From an uncultured virus (IMG/VR IMGVR_UViG_3300025109_000006) (lineage: Duplodnaviria; Heunggongvirae; Uroviricota; Caudoviricetes): a DNA stretch of 20,000 bases. Numbering within the stretch: position 1 is the stretch's first letter; the number at the start of each line of letters is the position of its first letter. Where the stretch lies: IMG/VR virus record IMGVR_UViG_3300025109_000006. One strand, given 5' to 3'. Below are positions 17,956-20,000 of the stretch, piece after piece. A program made the position numbers and the translations under genes. The notes beneath the pieces were generated by a model, which did not search any database, had not been told where the DNA came from, and was given only the letters and a program-made list of their open reading frames with translations.

Positions 17956-18407
17956 GCCTCATAATGAACAACCTCGAATGCACCGGATGCGACTTCTTTG
18001 AAGAAGAAGCAATCTACCGACGTGCCGACGGGCCAGACGATTGCCCCGAATGCGGTAGCAAACGAAAGATGAGCTTCATTGGACTCCGCTACGCTATCCA
18101 TGGTCAAGGACCAGGATCATTCGCAGCCGTTGACTTTGGCGTACTCGGCAAAGCCGAAACAAAAGAAGACTACGACCGCTGTATCGCTACCATCGAAAAG
18201 CGCTTCCCTGGTAAACGAGTCAATATCCAAGAGGAAACAAAAGGACAGAAAGCTGACCGACTCGACACCATACGTCACAATAGCTACAAAAGAAAAAAAG
18301 CAGCCGGTGTCGACAGCCAAACACTGAAAGCGGCGTCCGAACGGAACAGACGATATAAAGCTGAGGGACGGACTAAGCCCAAAGCACCACCGACGGAAAG
18401 TAAATAA
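17952..18407 (+). CDS. Zinc-ribbon protein (FmdB-like CxxC...CPxCG), 151 aa
   Basis: LECTGC...DCPECGS near the N-terminus; AAGGA SD; basic C-terminus. Such genes are common after phage portals. Confidence 0.75.
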   Translation: MSLIMNNLECTGCDFFEEEAIYRRADGPDDCPECGSKRKMSFIGLRYAIHGQGPGSFAAVDFGVLGKAETKEDYDRCIATIEKRFPGKRVNIQEETKGQKADRLDTIRHNSYKRKKAAGVDSQTLKAASERNRRYKAEGRTKPKAPPTESK

Positions 18408-18664
18408 TGGGCCGCAAGAACACACGAAATATGATGTCGGACCCCGACCTTGTCGAAGGCGCAGTAAAAGCTGCAGAAACCAATGGACGCAACTTACGCA
18501 AAATAAAAGACAACACAGTAAGAGATGCTGTTGTGTATGAGGATACGGAATCAGGAGAGAGTAAAACACTCCCGAATAAACTCATCCGTGCATTGGGTGC
18601 GCAAATAACTTTTGAACTCGTTGACCCAAAACTTGATCTTGTCACACCGACTAAACTAACATAG
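18407..18664 (+). CDS. Hypothetical protein, 85 aa
   Basis: TAATG overlap with the previous gene; tandem TAG TAA stop. Confidence 0.65.
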   Translation: MGRKNTRNMMSDPDLVEGAVKAAETNGRNLRKIKDNTVRDAVVYEDTESGESKTLPNKLIRALGAQITFELVDPKLDLVTPTKLT

Positions 18665-18702
18665 TAAACCAGAGCGGTAAGACGCCGTATCAGGAGAACA
18701 TC

Positions 18703-19218
18703 ATGCCCATCGATCCCAAAACTGGCGAGCGCCTTCCTTACCCCGGAGAACCCGGATACAAAGAAGAAGGAGGCGGAGCGGCTAATCCAGAAGAAGTCAC
18801 AGAGAAAGATGTAGACGATCTTCTGCAACGGATCAGTGCGGCAGAAGAAGGAGCGCCACCCGAAGAAGGGGCACCGGCAGAGGCAGCGCCTGAAGAAGGT
18901 GTGCCCCCGGAAGAAGGAGCACCAGAAGAAGGCGAAGGCGAGCAAGACCTTAGCCCATTGATTGAAACGCTTGGTGTGACCCCTGAACGAGCCGAGATGC
19001 TCTACCAGGCAGCACAACAGTTGGCGTCAACACAAGGCAAAAGCCCCGATGACTTGGCAGCAATGATTGCCGATGACTTCGAGATTCTGATGCAACTGGA
19101 AGTGATCGCCGCACGCAGCATGCAGAACCAACCAGAACCACCAGCACCACCACCGGAAGCCGGTGCGCCAGATGCGGCTGGTATGCCACCAGAAATGATG
19201 CCACCAGGGGGGATGTGA
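18703..19218 (+). CDS. Acidic Pro/Glu-rich hypothetical protein, 171 aa
   Basis: Strong AGGAG SD; EEGAPP-type repeats; directly upstream of the scaffold-like gene. Confidence 0.75.
   Translation: MPIDPKTGERLPYPGEPGYKEEGGGAANPEEVTEKDVDDLLQRISAAEEGAPPEEGAPAEAAPEEGVPPEEGAPEEGEGEQDLSPLIETLGVTPERAEMLYQAAQQLASTQGKSPDDLAAMIADDFEILMQLEVIAARSMQNQPEPPAPPPEAGAPDAAGMPPEMMPPGGM
18844..18938 (+). repeat. Degenerate 15-18-bp coding repeats (EEGAPP/EEGAPA/EAAP/EEGVPP/EEGAP/EEGEG)
   Basis: Recurring gaagaagg unit seen five times. Confidence 0.75.
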
Positions 19219-19221
19219 TCT

Positions 19222-20000
19222 ATGCTAAACGAAGACAATGAAGCGGTGGAAGCCGTATCTGCCGATGCTGAGCCCGAAGGGAGCAGCGAGGCTACAGTTG
19301 AAACAAGTGCCCCAGAACCTGTTGAGGCCGCTCCAGAAGCGACTCAAGAAGCGACTCCTGTTGCGGTGGAAGAAGAAATTGAAGTCCCACCAGTGTTCGA
19401 CTGGAACGGTGAGTATGAAAGTCTGCACACTGCCAATTGGGTCAAACAGTTGGATGAAAATCTCCGTGACTCGGTACTGAACGGTATTCAAGAAAAGTAC
19501 CAACACTGGCAACGTGGATATACCAGTAAGTACCAAGACCTGGCCAAGCAGCGACGAAGCGCTGAAGAACTGATGAAGGAAGTGCGCGAGCAAGAAGTTA
19601 AAGTCCAGCGATGGCTGCACGGCGATATCGACCCAATGATCGCAAAGCAAAAAGAGGTCGACGAACTTAAGGTTGCCCATCGAACAGCATTGAAAACCCT
19701 GCGACGAGAGGCGGAAGAAGCACACGAAAAAGCTGTGCAGTCTCACGGAACCGCGATGGAACAAGCTGTGCAAGAGCGCGATATAGCAATGCAACAGCAT
19801 AAGCAATTGCGCGAAAGGTTCGAAGCGCAAGAAGCGGAACAAACTGAAGCACAAGTAACTGCACTAGAAACCTGGCTCACGACTGAATACAAAGATGTCT
19901 ACGATAATGACGACGCATTCAAGAAGTTCTGCCAACTTGCGCGAGCAGATATATCGCCCGAAGAAGCAGCTAAAATGGTTCGAGTGCTCTACCCACTACC
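19222..20000 (+). CDS. Putative capsid scaffolding protein, 3'-truncated (>=259 aa)
   Basis: Not in the ORF track because it has no stop in the window. ATG at 19222 gives MLNEDNEAVEAVSADAEPEGSS..., an acidic disordered N-terminus, WQRGYTSKYQDLAKQRR (resembling the scaffold-type YTxKxQxLA motif) and coiled-coil; open to the edge. Confidence 0.7.
   Translation, partial: MLNEDNEAVEAVSADAEPEGSSEATVETSAPEPVEAAPEATQEATPVAVEEEIEVPPVFDWNGEYESLHTANWVKQLDENLRDSVLNGIQEKYQHWQRGYTSKYQDLAKQRRSAEELMKEVREQEVKVQRWLHGDIDPMIAKQKEVDELKVAHRTALKTLRREAEEAHEKAVQSHGTAMEQAVQERDIAMQQHKQLRERFEAQEAEQTEAQVTALETWLTTEYKDVYDNDDAFKKFCQLARADISPEEAAKMVRVLYPL

Noticed and set aside
18117..19864. Antisense ORFs of 150-214 aa (18117-18569, 18373-19017, 19225-19854) and + ORF 19238-19480
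   Set aside because: Phe/Leu/Cys-rich mirror or frame-shifted translations of Glu/Lys-rich genes; the real frame at the right end starts at 19222.
1..20000. Amber (TAG) stop reassignment, suggested by frequent TAG stops and in-frame neighbours
   Set aside because: All long genes (terL, portal, MCP, nozzle, tail) are uninterrupted under the standard code; recoding would leave internal TAGs.
1..20000. CRISPR arrays, tRNAs, integrase/transposase, DGR repeats, introns/inteins
   Set aside because: None seen by eye: coding density is near complete, TerL and portal have ordinary lengths, and the only repeats are short coding ones.

Overview
The window is the virion-morphogenesis region of a tailed dsDNA prokaryotic virus with a podovirus-like gene set; no tape-measure, tail-tube or sheath genes were recognised. 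It has two divergent gene blocks separated by a ~220-bp AT-rich spacer (13340-13560). Leftward (- strand): major capsid protein, capsid decoration-like protein, intrinsic terminator, enlarged head-tail adaptor, hypothetical protein, tail nozzle (P22 gp10/T7 gp12-like), two genes carrying three paralogous tail modules, a small ejection-like protein with an unusual hydrophobic leader, and a large internal-virion-like ORF that runs off the left edge and is absent from the ORF track. Rightward (+ strand): terminase large subunit, small ORF, portal, a protein with a degenerate LysM-like C-terminus, a zinc-ribbon protein, two small proteins and a scaffold-like protein that runs off the right edge and is also absent from the track. 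Most notable: the capsid gene is head-to-head with the terminase and uncoupled from its scaffold, the capsid mRNA has a candidate structured 5' leader, the terminase may be leaderless and has deviant ATPase motifs, and the ejection-like protein has a signal-peptide-like extension. All protein calls come from motifs read by eye and gene order, not database searches.
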